DNA of 64,000 nucleotides from Bacteroidota bacterium (lineage in GTDB: Bacteria > Bacteroidota > Bacteroidia > Bacteroidales > GCA-2748055). The stretch is taken from contig JBNJEV010000001.1 in assembly GCA_051746185.1 (NCBI GenBank), forward strand, positions 88,201 to 152,200. Reading direction: 5' to 3'. The notes under the pieces are model-generated. The model was not told the DNA's origin. It worked only from the letters and a program-made list of their open reading frames with translations, and did not search any database. Below are positions 28,395 to 38,344 of this stretch, piece after piece. Made by a program: the position numbers and the translations under genes. The stretch's first letter is position 1. Each line of letters starts with the position of its first letter.

Positions 28395-28865
28395 ATGAGT
28401 AAAAAAATTCTGGTCGATATGATCAAATTACGCGATTATGAGGATTTGCCCGTGGATGCCGTTTTTCGCTCGGGTCCTGTGAAGAACGGTCTGAAAACCA
28501 TCCGTGAAGAAGCCTCCTTCGAGTTTACCTGCCGCCGTTGCGAGGATGCTCCCTGCATCTCGGTCTGCCCGGCCGAAGCGCTGGAAAAAGATGACACCGG
28601 AAGGGTGATCCGGAACCTCAATCTGTGTATACGCTGTAAATCATGTATCATGATCTGTCCCTTCGGCACCCTGATGGATGATCTGTTTGAACTGAAGCCC
28701 AGGGAAAGGATCTTTGACCTGGATGATGAAAAGGACCTGGAAGTATTTATCAGTGCATGTCCCGAAGATACCGTAACTCTCTATGATGGCGAGGAAGATC
28801 CTGAAAAGAACATTTTCAGGCTGAACGACAGGGTCTGGGTGAAGGAACGCGTCTGGAATCAATAA
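28395..28865 (+). CDS. 2x[4Fe-4S] ferredoxin-domain protein
   Basis: CRRCEDAPCISVCP and CIRCKSCIMICP motifs. Confidence 0.75.
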   Translation: MSKKILVDMIKLRDYEDLPVDAVFRSGPVKNGLKTIREEASFEFTCRRCEDAPCISVCPAEALEKDDTGRVIRNLNLCIRCKSCIMICPFGTLMDDLFELKPRERIFDLDDEKDLEVFISACPEDTVTLYDGEEDPEKNIFRLNDRVWVKERVWNQ

Positions 28866-28878
28866 AATAAACAGATAC

Positions 28879-29811
28879 ATGCTCAAGGAACTGTTTTATT
28901 TTCTGGTGTATCCCGGCCTCCTCTTTGTAGGAGTTGCAGGGGGCCTGCTGTCGTGGTTTGACAGGAAGGTCACCGCCATGGTCCAATTCCGGAAGGGGCC
29001 TCCCCTGCTTCAGCCATTTTATGATTTTCTGAAACTGCTGCTGGTCAAAGAAACCATCCTTCCCGCCAGGGGATCGAAGATCACTTTTCTCCTGGCGCCT
29101 GTCTTCGGTCTGTTCGGAGCACTGATTGCCAGTGTGTTCATTCTTTTACCCCTGCTGGGGATACAGACCGGCTTCCAGGGAGATATCATCGTGATCTTCT
29201 ATTTGCTGACCATTCCTCCAATCTCCTATATGATCGGGGCGATGGCTTCGGGAAATCCCATGGCTTCTGTGGGTGCCTCACGTGAGATGAAACTGATCCT
29301 CAGCTACGAGCTTACCTTCATCCTGGTGCTCATGGCCGTGATCTTCAAGTCAGGCTACACCCTGAACCTATATGAGATCCTCGAACAGCAGGCCCGCCAG
29401 GGAGCATTTATCGGAAATATATCCGGGGTGATCCTGTTCGTTGTATCGATTTTCGTCATCCAGGCAAAACTGGGTCTGGTACCTTTTGATGTGGCTGAAG
29501 CTGAAGCCGAGATCAACCATGGTCCGTTTATTGAATATTCCGGCACGGCGTATGCCATCATCAAGCTTACCAAGTATATCATGCTGTTTACCCTTCCTGC
29601 CTTCGTGATCGCACTGTTCATGAAGGGTCTGGGCTGGAACGGGATAGAGATCCTGTGGTCGGTGCTGAAAATCCTCGGGGTGGTTCTTTTGCTCACGCTG
29701 ATCAGAAATACCAATCCGCGCCTGAAAATAAACCAGGCCATGAGGTTCTTCTTTATCTGGATGAATCTTCTGGTCATTGTAGCATTCGTATTGATCTTAA
29801 TCGGACTGTAA
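28879..29811 (+). CDS. Membrane-bound hydrogenase subunit, NuoH/MbhM/EchB-like
   Basis: 310-aa polytopic protein. DRKVTAMVQFRKGPPLLQPFYDFLKLL is the NuoH-family signature region. Confidence 0.88.
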   Translation: MLKELFYFLVYPGLLFVGVAGGLLSWFDRKVTAMVQFRKGPPLLQPFYDFLKLLLVKETILPARGSKITFLLAPVFGLFGALIASVFILLPLLGIQTGFQGDIIVIFYLLTIPPISYMIGAMASGNPMASVGASREMKLILSYELTFILVLMAVIFKSGYTLNLYEILEQQARQGAFIGNISGVILFVVSIFVIQAKLGLVPFDVAEAEAEINHGPFIEYSGTAYAIIKLTKYIMLFTLPAFVIALFMKGLGWNGIEILWSVLKILGVVLLLTLIRNTNPRLKINQAMRFFFIWMNLLVIVAFVLILIGL

Positions 29812-29825
29812 AAAATTATAGAATC

Positions 29826-30239
29826 TTGGCTTTCAAAGATTTCATATTCAAAAAATCTCTCTGGCTTTTCCATTTCGGGGGTGCATCCTGCAACAACTGC
29901 GACATAGAGATCCTGGATTGCCTGACCCCCCGTTATGATGTGGAACGTTTCGGTATGGTGCTGGTGGGAAGCATCCGGCATGCGGATGTCCTGCTGGTAA
30001 ACGGCTCCATCAACCAGAAGGACAAACCGCGGCTGCTGGAACTTTACAACCAGGCACCCAAACCCATTCTGGTGGTGGCCATCGGGGCCTGTGGCTGTAC
30101 CGGTGGGATTTTTGCCCAGGGGAATACGTTCGCCGGACCGGTGGACAAGATCATCCCGGTGGATGCATACATTCCGGGATGTCCTCCCAAGCCTGAAGCC
30201 ATTCTGGCCGGAATTGTCAAGTTGTTGAACAAAAAATAA
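29826..30239 (+). CDS. [NiFe]-hydrogenase small subunit, NuoB/MbhJ-like (probable TTG start)
   Basis: FHFGGASCNNCDIE, VVAIGACGCTGG and YIPGCPPKPEA are the NuoB-type proximal-cluster motifs. The long ORF start (29655) overlaps the previous gene; a TTG at 29826 follows its stop. Confidence 0.88.
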   Translation: MAFKDFIFKKSLWLFHFGGASCNNCDIEILDCLTPRYDVERFGMVLVGSIRHADVLLVNGSINQKDKPRLLELYNQAPKPILVVAIGACGCTGGIFAQGNTFAGPVDKIIPVDAYIPGCPPKPEAILAGIVKLLNKK

Positions 30240-30245
30240 ACGCTC

Positions 30246-30689
30246 ATGACTGATAGCCTTACCATTTTAGAAAGTGCCCGGAAAAAATACAGTGCCGATA
30301 TTCTGGAAACAGAAACAAAAAGTGGTAAAAGGGCAACGGTCACCATCAAACCCTCATCGCTGGTCAACATGGCCGGTTATTTGTTCCGGGATTTGAATTT
30401 ACGGTTTATTATCGCAACGGCTCTGCATACAAAACAGGGGATGGAGATCTATTATCATTTCTCGCATGATCCTTCCGGGCTGATCCTCAACCTGCATGTG
30501 ATCCTGCCCGAGGAAAAGCCGGAAATTGAATCACTAACCTGCATGTTCGAGGCGGCCAACTGGATCGAGCGAGAAATGCATGAGATCCTGGGTATCAACT
30601 TCCTGAACCATCCCAACCTGGAGAAACTGATATCTGAAGGCAACTGGGCAGAAGGTGTATATCCGTACAGAAAAGAATTCAATCATTAA
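30246..30689 (+). CDS. NuoC/MbhK-like hydrogenase subunit
   Basis: 147 aa. FEAANWIEREMHEILGINFLNHPN is typical of the NuoC/30-kDa family. Confidence 0.85.
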   Translation: MTDSLTILESARKKYSADILETETKSGKRATVTIKPSSLVNMAGYLFRDLNLRFIIATALHTKQGMEIYYHFSHDPSGLILNLHVILPEEKPEIESLTCMFEAANWIEREMHEILGINFLNHPNLEKLISEGNWAEGVYPYRKEFNH

Positions 30690-30695
30690 GAGAAC

Positions 30696-31889
30696 ATGGC
30701 AAGTCAAACCATCATACCGGTCGGTCCCTATCATCCACTGCAGGAGGAACCCGAACTTTTCAAGCTGTTCTGCGACGGGGAGATCGTAAAGGACATCAAG
30801 TGGGAGACCGGATACAACCACCGCGGCATTGAGAAGTTGAGCGAATCGAAGACCTTTGACCAGGTGTTTTTCCTTGTGGAGCGCATCTGCGGGATCTGCT
30901 CCACCTCGCATCCTTTTGCATTCGCCAATGCCATGGAAGAGATCTGTGAACTGGAGATCCCCAACCGGGTCAAATATATCCGTTCCATCATCGGAGAACT
31001 GGAAAGGCTCCACAGCCATCTTCTGTGGGTCGGACTGGCCGGGCATTTCCTGGGATACAACACCGTCTTCATGTGGGCCTGGAAATACCGGGAACCGATC
31101 CTCGATTTGTTTGAAATGATCTCGGGAAACCGGAACAGTTATGCCATGTTCAAGATCGGGGGGGTGCGCCGGGACATCCCCATGGATATGATCCCCGAGG
31201 TCGGGCGGAAGATGGACGAATTCAGGCCCAAGCTCGACCTGTTGACGGGCGCCGTCACCGATGACCCGGTAATCCATGCCCGTACCAAGGGAGTGGGCGT
31301 GCTTACCCGGCAGGATTGCATCGACTTTGCAGCGGTAGGACCTACCAGCAGGGCTTCGGGTATTATGCACGATGTGCGTTATGATGATCCTTACGCAGCC
31401 TATGACATGGTCGACTGGAAAGTGATTACCTCCAACGACGGGGATGTCTATGCCAAGGCTGAAGTGCGCCTGCTTGAAATGTATGAATCCATCTCCATCA
31501 TCATGCAGTGCCTGGAAGGCTTGAAAAAAGAACCTGAGGGCGATACCGGCATTCAGGTTAAAAACGTGCCCGAAGGAATGGGGAACGGGCGCGCAGAAGC
31601 ACCCCGGGGAGAGGTGTTTCACTGCGTATTCACCGACGGGGGTATTACCCCGGTACGTCATAAAATACGGGCACCCAGCTATGTCAACATTGCCACATTT
31701 AAAAAATCATGTGTGGGGCAAACCATCTCCGATGCCACCATTTCACTGGCAGCCGTGGATCCCTGCTATTGTTGTACCGAACGCATGTCCATGGCCTATG
31801 ATTACCATAATGGAAAGAAGATCCTGTCGGGCGAAGATCTGATCCGTTTATCACAGCAAAGGACCGAAGAGATAAGAAAGAAATTATAA
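30696..31889 (+). CDS. Group-4 [NiFe]-hydrogenase large subunit (NuoD/MbhL-like)
   Basis: 397 aa. The N-terminal Ni-Fe motif RICGICSTSH and the C-terminal DPCYCCTER are both intact. Confidence 0.9.
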   Translation: MASQTIIPVGPYHPLQEEPELFKLFCDGEIVKDIKWETGYNHRGIEKLSESKTFDQVFFLVERICGICSTSHPFAFANAMEEICELEIPNRVKYIRSIIGELERLHSHLLWVGLAGHFLGYNTVFMWAWKYREPILDLFEMISGNRNSYAMFKIGGVRRDIPMDMIPEVGRKMDEFRPKLDLLTGAVTDDPVIHARTKGVGVLTRQDCIDFAAVGPTSRASGIMHDVRYDDPYAAYDMVDWKVITSNDGDVYAKAEVRLLEMYESISIIMQCLEGLKKEPEGDTGIQVKNVPEGMGNGRAEAPRGEVFHCVFTDGGITPVRHKIRAPSYVNIATFKKSCVGQTISDATISLAAVDPCYCCTERMSMAYDYHNGKKILSGEDLIRLSQQRTEEIRKKL

Positions 31890-31899
31890 AGCTTCTGTT

Positions 31900-33729
31900 A
31901 TGGACGAACTTTATTATATCATTTTCCTTCCCATTGTGGCAGGGATCCTTTTGTTCCTGATCCCTGAAAAAGTCAAGTGGATCAAAGGAACTTTCACATT
32001 GCTCGTCTCTGCCATATCCCTGCTGTTCGCCATCCGGCTGTATCAGCAACCAAACGGGATCTTCACCCTGAACCTGTTTTCTGTGAACCAGGAAGTCAAT
32101 GCCTTCTCCACATATCATATCGACAATCTCAGCAGGTTTATTACTCTGTCCATATGTGCCTTTGGTGTACTCATATCACTATACTCGCTTCTCTATGTGA
32201 CCCGGCAAATGAAGATCCGGAATTACTATGCCTATTTCCTGCTTACCGTAGGTTTATCAGCCGGAGCTGCGCTGACTGATAATCTGTTGTTGTTCCTGTT
32301 TTTCTGGGGAATCCTGGCAATCACCCTCTACAAGCTCATCAGGGGGTATGACCAGGAAAGTTCAGATGCAGCAAAAAAGAGCCTGGTCATGATCGGATCC
32401 TCCGACGGCATGATGATCCTGGGTATTGGTATCATCTGGAAAACATACGGAACCCTGTCCATTTCGGAACTGCATATACCAACCAATACCCCGATCCTGG
32501 TGCTCGCCTTCGTTTCCCTGTTGATCGGCAGTTTTACAAAAGCCGGCGCTTTCCCTTTTCATACCTGGATCCCTGATTACGTCAAAAAAGCTCCCGCATC
32601 ATCATCCGCCTACCTCCCGGCATCCCTTGACAAGCTACTGGGGATTTACTTTTTGGCCCGGATCTGCATAGACATGTTCACCCTGAACCAGTGGCTTACC
32701 TTTACCATGTTGCTTCTGGGTGTGATGACCATCATTTTTGCAGTAATGATGGCATTGATCCAGCATAACTATAAGCGTCTTCTGGGATATCATGCCGTAT
32801 CCCAGGTTGGATATATGGTGGTGGGACTCGGTTTGGGAACACCCATTGGCATTGCAGGAGGATTGTTTCACATGATCAACCACGCGATCTATAAATCCGG
32901 CTTATTTCTTGCCGCAGGAAATGTGGAAAAGGCTACGGAAAAAGAAGAACTGGATGATCTGGGTGGACTGGCAAAGGCCATGCCTGTCACATTTATAACC
33001 GCGCTGATATTTGCACTCTCCATCTCGGGTGTTCCTCCGTTTAATGGTTTTGCCTCAAAATGGATCATTTACCAGGGTATTATCGATTTTGGAAAAGAAC
33101 CGGGCATAGCCTCTCAATTATGGTACGTTTGGCTTGGACTGGCAGTACTGGGTTCAGCGCTGACCCTGGCATCCTTTCTCAAATTCATTGCAGGGATATT
33201 TTTGGGACGCAAGAAAAAAGAGCTTGAAAAAACCAGGGAAGTAAGTCCCCTGATGTGGATACCCAATCTGATCCTGGCATTGTTCTGTGTTGGTTTTGGG
33301 GTTTTTGCCGCCACATGGGTTGTTCCGAGAATCATCATGCCGCTTCATGTGGAATTTGAATATGTGGGTATCTGGCAGTCAACCACTGTCTCCGTACTTA
33401 TCCTGGTATCAATTGTGCTGGGTGTGATCTTTTACCTGATCGGGAACATAAAAAGGTTCCGGGTTGATGAGAGTTTTATCGGCGGGGAGACCAACCGGGA
33501 TGAAGTCAGCTATCCGGTAGTGGATTTTTACAAAACCATCAGCGAATCCGGATTCTTCTCGGCCATTTACCGACGTGCTGAAAGAAAATGGTTCGATATT
33601 TATGATCTCGGCCGGTGGTTTGTACTGTACCTCGGAAATTGGTTCAGCCGGGCACATACGGGCATACTGACCGCCTATGCCATCTGGCTGTTCGCCGGGC
33701 TGGTAATTTTAATGTTACTGCTGTTCTGA
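31900..33729 (+). CDS. Large antiporter-like subunit (NuoL/MrpA/MbhH-like)
   Basis: 609 aa, approx. 16 TM segments. Carries proton-conducting membrane transporter motifs (HAVSQVGYMV, LFHMINHAIYKSGLFL). Confidence 0.85.
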   Translation: MDELYYIIFLPIVAGILLFLIPEKVKWIKGTFTLLVSAISLLFAIRLYQQPNGIFTLNLFSVNQEVNAFSTYHIDNLSRFITLSICAFGVLISLYSLLYVTRQMKIRNYYAYFLLTVGLSAGAALTDNLLLFLFFWGILAITLYKLIRGYDQESSDAAKKSLVMIGSSDGMMILGIGIIWKTYGTLSISELHIPTNTPILVLAFVSLLIGSFTKAGAFPFHTWIPDYVKKAPASSSAYLPASLDKLLGIYFLARICIDMFTLNQWLTFTMLLLGVMTIIFAVMMALIQHNYKRLLGYHAVSQVGYMVVGLGLGTPIGIAGGLFHMINHAIYKSGLFLAAGNVEKATEKEELDDLGGLAKAMPVTFITALIFALSISGVPPFNGFASKWIIYQGIIDFGKEPGIASQLWYVWLGLAVLGSALTLASFLKFIAGIFLGRKKKELEKTREVSPLMWIPNLILALFCVGFGVFAATWVVPRIIMPLHVEFEYVGIWQSTTVSVLILVSIVLGVIFYLIGNIKRFRVDESFIGGETNRDEVSYPVVDFYKTISESGFFSAIYRRAERKWFDIYDLGRWFVLYLGNWFSRAHTGILTAYAIWLFAGLVILMLLLF

Positions 33730-33748
33730 ATAAAAAAATACCTGTACC

Positions 33749-34306
33749 ATGGAAGCGATCCTTACCGTTGTTCTGATTTTTATGATTCTGGGTGCGATAT
33801 ACTCCCTGCATGCAAAGGATCTGCTGTCGGCCCTGATCTCTATGGGGATTGTGGGATACGGACTGGTGATATGTTTTCTTTTGCTCAAGGCACCTGACCT
33901 GGCCATTGTCCAGATCCTGGTGGAGACCATTACCCTGGTGATCATGGTGTCGGTAGTGCTCGACAGCACGAGACATGAATTGAAAGAAAAAGCTGCCATC
34001 AAACATGAGGGGGAGCCTTTCATCAATTCCAGGTTTGTTGGAAACATTTTCATCGGTGTACTGATCTCCCTGGTACTGTTTTACACTTATCATTTCGCCA
34101 TTGAGAACCTGACCCCTTTCGGCGAGCATGTCATGCGTATGTCAGGGGCCTATCTGGAAGATCCGGCTAACCAAACCGGAAGCGCCAACATGGTCACCGG
34201 GGTGCTGTTCGATTACAGGGGCTATGATACGCTCGGGGAGGCGACCATACTGGTGACAGCGGTGGTGGGTGTACTGACGGTATTAAGATTGAAAGGGAGA
34301 AAATAA
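33749..34306 (+). CDS. Fused MbhD-like (DUF4040) and MbhE/MnhB-N-like membrane subunit
   Basis: The N-terminal half has [12 protein letters not shown]. The C-terminal half has [22 protein letters not shown], typical of the MrpA-C/MrpB region. Confidence 0.7.
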   Translation: MEAILTVVLIFMILGAIYSLHAKDLLSALISMGIVGYGLVICFLLLKAPDLAIVQILVETITLVIMVSVVLDSTRHELKEKAAIKHEGEPFINSRFVGNIFIGVLISLVLFYTYHFAIENLTPFGEHVMRMSGAYLEDPANQTGSANMVTGVLFDYRGYDTLGEATILVTAVVGVLTVLRLKGRK

Positions 34307-34319
34307 AAATAGTTATGTC

Positions 34320-34757
34320 ATGAAAGGAATGTCGATCATCGTAAAAAAAGTTGCTCAGTTTTTATCCGGACTGATCTTCATGTACGGGATCTATATTATC
34401 ACCCATGGTCATCTCACACCGGGGGGCGGCTTTGCCGGTGGAGCCATCCTGGCAGGCTCAATGATCCTCCTGGTACTGGCGTTTGGCAGTGATGTCATGG
34501 GATTGAAAAAAAGGGAAACGGGTTCATCCATCATTGAGAACTCGGCCATTCTGGCTTTCCTTGTTTTTGCCGTTGGTGCCATGCTCATCGGCACCCATGT
34601 TTTCTTCCATAATTTTCTGCCCCGGGGTAACCTGGGCGATCTTATCAGTGCAGGGGTCATTCCGCTTTATAACATTTTCGTGGGTATTGAAGTGGGTGCC
34701 GCCCTGTTTACCATATTCCTGGCATTGGTTATTTATAAAGAAGAGGTTTTAAAATGA
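34320..34757 (+). CDS. MnhB/MrpB (MbhF-like) subunit
   Basis: HGHLTPGGGFAGGAILAG motif, 145 aa, 4 TM segments. Confidence 0.75.
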   Translation: MKGMSIIVKKVAQFLSGLIFMYGIYIITHGHLTPGGGFAGGAILAGSMILLVLAFGSDVMGLKKRETGSSIIENSAILAFLVFAVGAMLIGTHVFFHNFLPRGNLGDLISAGVIPLYNIFVGIEVGAALFTIFLALVIYKEEVLK

Positions 34758-35092
34758 TACTGTATCTGCTTTGTTTTCTGTTGTTTCTGATCGGCCTTTA
34801 CGGAGTAGTGACCCGGAGGAATGTAATTAAGATCGTGATCGGACTGGTTTTCATGGAATTCAGTGTTTTCCTGATGCTGGTATTGATCGGCTATGTGGAA
34901 AAGGGCCATGCTCCCATTGTCGATGAAGCGGTGGCCACCGGTCCCTTTGTTGATCCGTTGCCGCAGGCCATGGTACTTACGGCGATCGTGATCGGACTGG
35001 CAGCCAACGCCATGTTGCTGGCAATCGCCATCAGGCTGTATAAGAAATATGGAACGTTTGATATCCGGAAAATCAATCAACTTAAAGGATAA
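34754..35092 (+). CDS. MrpC/NuoK (MbhG-like) subunit
   Basis: 112 aa, 3 TM segments. GLYGVVTRRNVIKIVIGL.ME is the NuoK-family pattern. Confidence 0.8.
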   Translation: MILYLLCFLLFLIGLYGVVTRRNVIKIVIGLVFMEFSVFLMLVLIGYVEKGHAPIVDEAVATGPFVDPLPQAMVLTAIVIGLAANAMLLAIAIRLYKKYGTFDIRKINQLKG

Positions 35093-35096
35093 TCAC

Positions 35097-36635
35097 ATGA
35101 GTCAGCTCATTCCACTTTTTGTCATTTTACCCCTGGCTGCCGCTTTCCTGATCCCAATTATCGGGAAATTCCTGGAAGGATTCCAGAAGGCTGTTTCTTC
35201 GCTGGTCTTTCTTTTTCTGAGTGTGCTGGCCTTATATTTCATTTGTTCCGGACTCACCACGCCCATTACATACGCAGTAGGGGGTTGGAAACCTGTGGAA
35301 GGGATCCCCATAGCCATTTACCTGGTGGCCGATGGGCTGAGTGTTGTTATGCTCATCATTATCAATGTGATGGGATTCCTTTCCGGCTTTTATGCCATTT
35401 CCTATTTAAAGAGATTTACGGCACAGAACAATTTTTATGCACTCTTTTGCCTGATGATAGCGGGGATGAACGGTGTGGTGCTGACCGGAGATCTGTTTAA
35501 CCTTTATGTTTTCATGGAAATAGCCGTGATCGCTTCTTACGCACTTGTGGCTTTCGGAATTGAAAAAAATGAGCTTGAGGCTTCCTTTAAATACCAGGTT
35601 CTGGGCGGCATTGCTTCCGTGCTAATTCTTTTCGGAGTGGCTTTGCTTTACTGGAAAACCAAAACACTAAATATTGCCGATGCCGGTCATATGCTGAAGA
35701 AGACTCCAGACCGATCGTTCATCATCTTTACCCAGTTATTCCTGATCGCCGGTTTTGGACTCAAGGCAGCCCTGATCCCGTTCCACGCATGGCTGCCTGA
35801 TGCACATTCGTCAGCCCCATCGCCCATTTCAGCTATGCTTTCCGGAGTTCTGATCAAAGCAGTAGGGATCTATTGCATTATCAGGCTATTTTTCAATATG
35901 TTCGAGATCTCTTACGAATTGCCGGTAACGATCGCTGCACTCGGGGCACTGTCCATGGTCATTGGTGTTTTTCTTGCGATCATCCAGTGGGATCTTAAAA
36001 GGTTATTTGCCTACCACAGCATCAGTCAGATGGGGTATGTCATGACAGGTATTGGAATGGGGATGATCATCATGTCCAGGGGAGGCGATCCCAAAGTTGC
36101 TGCGCTGGCACTGGCCGGGGGTTTATTTCATCTGATCAACCATGCGGTATTCAAAGGATTGCTGTTTCTCAACGCCGGCGCTCTTGAATTTAAATGTCAT
36201 ACACGCAACCTGCTTAAAATGGGAGGCATGTGGAAACAAATGCCGGTTACCTACTCGACTTCCCTGAGTGCATCCATGGCCATATCGGGGATACCTCCTT
36301 TTAACGGTTTCTTCAGCAAACTGATGATCATTATTGCAGCGATCCAGGGGAATTTTTACCTGCTGGCAATCCTGGCCATACTGGTCAGCATATTGACCCT
36401 CGGCTCATTTCTGAAGTTTCAGAAATATGCATTCTTTAACAAACCCGGGAACCCCGATAGACAAAATATCAGCGAGGTTCCTTTTACCATGTGTTTTTCT
36501 ATGATTGTCCTGGCACTGTTATGCCTGGGACTGAGCCTGCTCATCTTCCCGGGGATCAGGGAGATCATACTGGACCCGGCGGTCAATGTCATCATGAATT
36601 CAACAGAATACGCATTATCCATAACAAGCATATAA
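35097..36635 (+). CDS. Second large antiporter-like subunit (MrpD/NuoN/NuoM-like)
   Basis: About 512 aa from MSQLIPLF. Contains AALIPFHAWLPDAH and LFHLINHAVFKGLLFL. Confidence 0.85.
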   Translation: MSQLIPLFVILPLAAAFLIPIIGKFLEGFQKAVSSLVFLFLSVLALYFICSGLTTPITYAVGGWKPVEGIPIAIYLVADGLSVVMLIIINVMGFLSGFYAISYLKRFTAQNNFYALFCLMIAGMNGVVLTGDLFNLYVFMEIAVIASYALVAFGIEKNELEASFKYQVLGGIASVLILFGVALLYWKTKTLNIADAGHMLKKTPDRSFIIFTQLFLIAGFGLKAALIPFHAWLPDAHSSAPSPISAMLSGVLIKAVGIYCIIRLFFNMFEISYELPVTIAALGALSMVIGVFLAIIQWDLKRLFAYHSISQMGYVMTGIGMGMIIMSRGGDPKVAALALAGGLFHLINHAVFKGLLFLNAGALEFKCHTRNLLKMGGMWKQMPVTYSTSLSASMAISGIPPFNGFFSKLMIIIAAIQGNFYLLAILAILVSILTLGSFLKFQKYAFFNKPGNPDRQNISEVPFTMCFSMIVLALLCLGLSLLIFPGIREIILDPAVNVIMNSTEYALSITSI

Positions 36636-36636
36636 T

Positions 36637-37122
36637 ATGAGATACGTAGGACTTTCTATCATCCTGTTCGGGTTCTGGTTGCTGCTCACCTTTGATCTCT
36701 CCGCAAACAATCTGATCGTGGGAGGGATTGCAGCATTGCTGGTCTCTTCCTACTTCGGCCGTTTTTTCATTCGGAGATACCGGAAGATGGCCGATCCGCG
36801 CCGGTATTTCTGGTTCATCGTCTATATTGTGGTCTTTGTGTGGGAATGCCTGAAGGCCAATTTTGACGTAGCTTACCGGGTGCTGCATCCCGCCATGCCC
36901 ATTAAACCGGGCATCGTGAAGGTCCGACTGGCGCTGAAAACGAATATTGCACGCACCATTTTGGCCAGCTCCATTACCATGACACCCGGCACCATTACCG
37001 TGGATATTATCGATGATTTTATTTACATACACTGGATCTATGTAAGCAGCACCGAGGCTGCAGTGTACGGTGAAAAAGTATCCGGCAGATTTGAAAAATA
37101 CCTAAAACGCATATTCGAATGA
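36637..37122 (+). CDS. MrpE/MnhE-like subunit
   Basis: 161 aa. Two N-terminal TM segments followed by NFDVAYRVLHPAMPIKPGIV...TLASSITMTPGT, typical of MnhE. Confidence 0.75.
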   Translation: MRYVGLSIILFGFWLLLTFDLSANNLIVGGIAALLVSSYFGRFFIRRYRKMADPRRYFWFIVYIVVFVWECLKANFDVAYRVLHPAMPIKPGIVKVRLALKTNIARTILASSITMTPGTITVDIIDDFIYIHWIYVSSTEAAVYGEKVSGRFEKYLKRIFE

Positions 37123-37385
37123 ACACCTTTCTGCATATTATCCTTTATGCGCAGATCCTCCTGTGTTTTTTTTGCCTGTACCGTGTGGTAAGAGGTCCGA
37201 CCATCCCAGACCGGATGGTGGGCATTGATATTTTCGGGATCCTGGTTGTGGGGATCTGCGCCATTCTGACCATTATGACCGGCAGGACTTTTATCATTGA
37301 TATCGGGATTGCCTGGATCATCCTGAGCTTTATCGGAACACTGACACTGGCAAAATACTTAAGTAAACAGAAGTTAAATGAGTAG
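37119..37385 (+). CDS. MrpF/MnhF-like subunit
   Basis: 88 aa, 3 TM segments. RVVRGPTIPDRMVGID is the MnhF pattern. Confidence 0.75.
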   Translation: MNTFLHIILYAQILLCFFCLYRVVRGPTIPDRMVGIDIFGILVVGICAILTIMTGRTFIIDIGIAWIILSFIGTLTLAKYLSKQKLNE

Positions 37386-37746
37386 TACAGACATTATCAG
37401 CCTTGTTTTACTGGTCATCGGGATCCTGTTCAACCTGTTCGGGTGCATCGGCCTGATCCGACTGCCCGATGTTTATAACCGGCTGCAATCGGCCACCAAA
37501 TGTGTTACCCTGGGTACCTGCAGCATCCTCCTGAGCCTGATCTTTTATTTCGGCTTTAATGTAACCGGCGTGAAAGGCCTGGTCGCTATCCCCCTGCTGT
37601 TCTTCGGGGCCACTGTGGCCGCTCACGCGCTGGCCCGGGGATCCTATCTATTCGGGATAAAACTGGGAGGAGGAAGCATCAAGGACGATTTCAGGGAAAA
37701 GGCTGAAGCGGAAGCAAAAAAGCAGAAAGATCATGAAATATCCTAA
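37378..37746 (+). CDS. MrpG/MnhG-like subunit
   Basis: 122 aa. GCIGLIRLPDVYNRLQSATK is the MnhG signature. Confidence 0.78.
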   Translation: MSSTDIISLVLLVIGILFNLFGCIGLIRLPDVYNRLQSATKCVTLGTCSILLSLIFYFGFNVTGVKGLVAIPLLFFGATVAAHALARGSYLFGIKLGGGSIKDDFREKAEAEAKKQKDHEIS

Positions 37747-38344
37747 ACTGAGAGAACTGAAAGAGGCCATACATTCCCTGGTTTCACCGGCGTACACCAC
37801 CGGGTTCCCGGCAGAATCCCACCGGCCTGCAAAAAATTACCGGGGAAAGCCTGTGGTGGACGATGCCAACTGCGTGGGCTGCGAGACATGTACCAATGTA
37901 TGCCCCAGCGGGGTGATCACCTTTGAGGACGACCGGGAAAACAGGAAGCGGATCATTGTACGGGACTATGGCCTCTGCATTTTCTGCGGGCAATGTGAAG
38001 AGCACTGCATTACCGGAAAAGGCATCAGGCTTTCCGATGAGATCTATGACATGGCCAATTTTGACCGGAAAGAGCTGGTCGAAACACAGGAAAAAGAGCT
38101 GCTGGTCTGTGAGAGCTGCGGTGCGGTGATCACTACCCGCGAGCACATGGAATTCATGCATAAAAAGCTTGGTCCCAGAGCATATTCTTCCATTCTCGAT
38201 CTCAACATGCTGAATGAAAAACTCCGGCTGGCCTCCCGGGAAGATACCGGCACAGAGGTTAAAGACGGGTTGAAGCGAAAAGACATGTTCAACATCATCT
38301 GTCCCAATTGCCTGAGAAAAATTCTCATCACCCTCAGCTATTGA
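37733..38344 (+). CDS. 2x[4Fe-4S] subunit, NuoI/MbhN-like
   Basis: CVGCETCTNVCP and CIFCGQCEEHC motifs, plus a C-terminal extension with further Cys pairs (CESCG, CPNC). Confidence 0.8.
   Translation: MKYPKLRELKEAIHSLVSPAYTTGFPAESHRPAKNYRGKPVVDDANCVGCETCTNVCPSGVITFEDDRENRKRIIVRDYGLCIFCGQCEEHCITGKGIRLSDEIYDMANFDRKELVETQEKELLVCESCGAVITTREHMEFMHKKLGPRAYSSILDLNMLNEKLRLASREDTGTEVKDGLKRKDMFNIICPNCLRKILITLSY

Noticed and set aside
29655-29825. N-terminal extension of the NuoB-like ORF
   Set aside because: It lies inside the NuoH-like gene in another frame. The similarity to small subunits starts after the TTG at 29826.
30534-31661. 375-aa ORF on the minus strand
   Set aside because: It is antisense to the [NiFe] large-subunit gene, whose metal-binding motifs are unambiguous.
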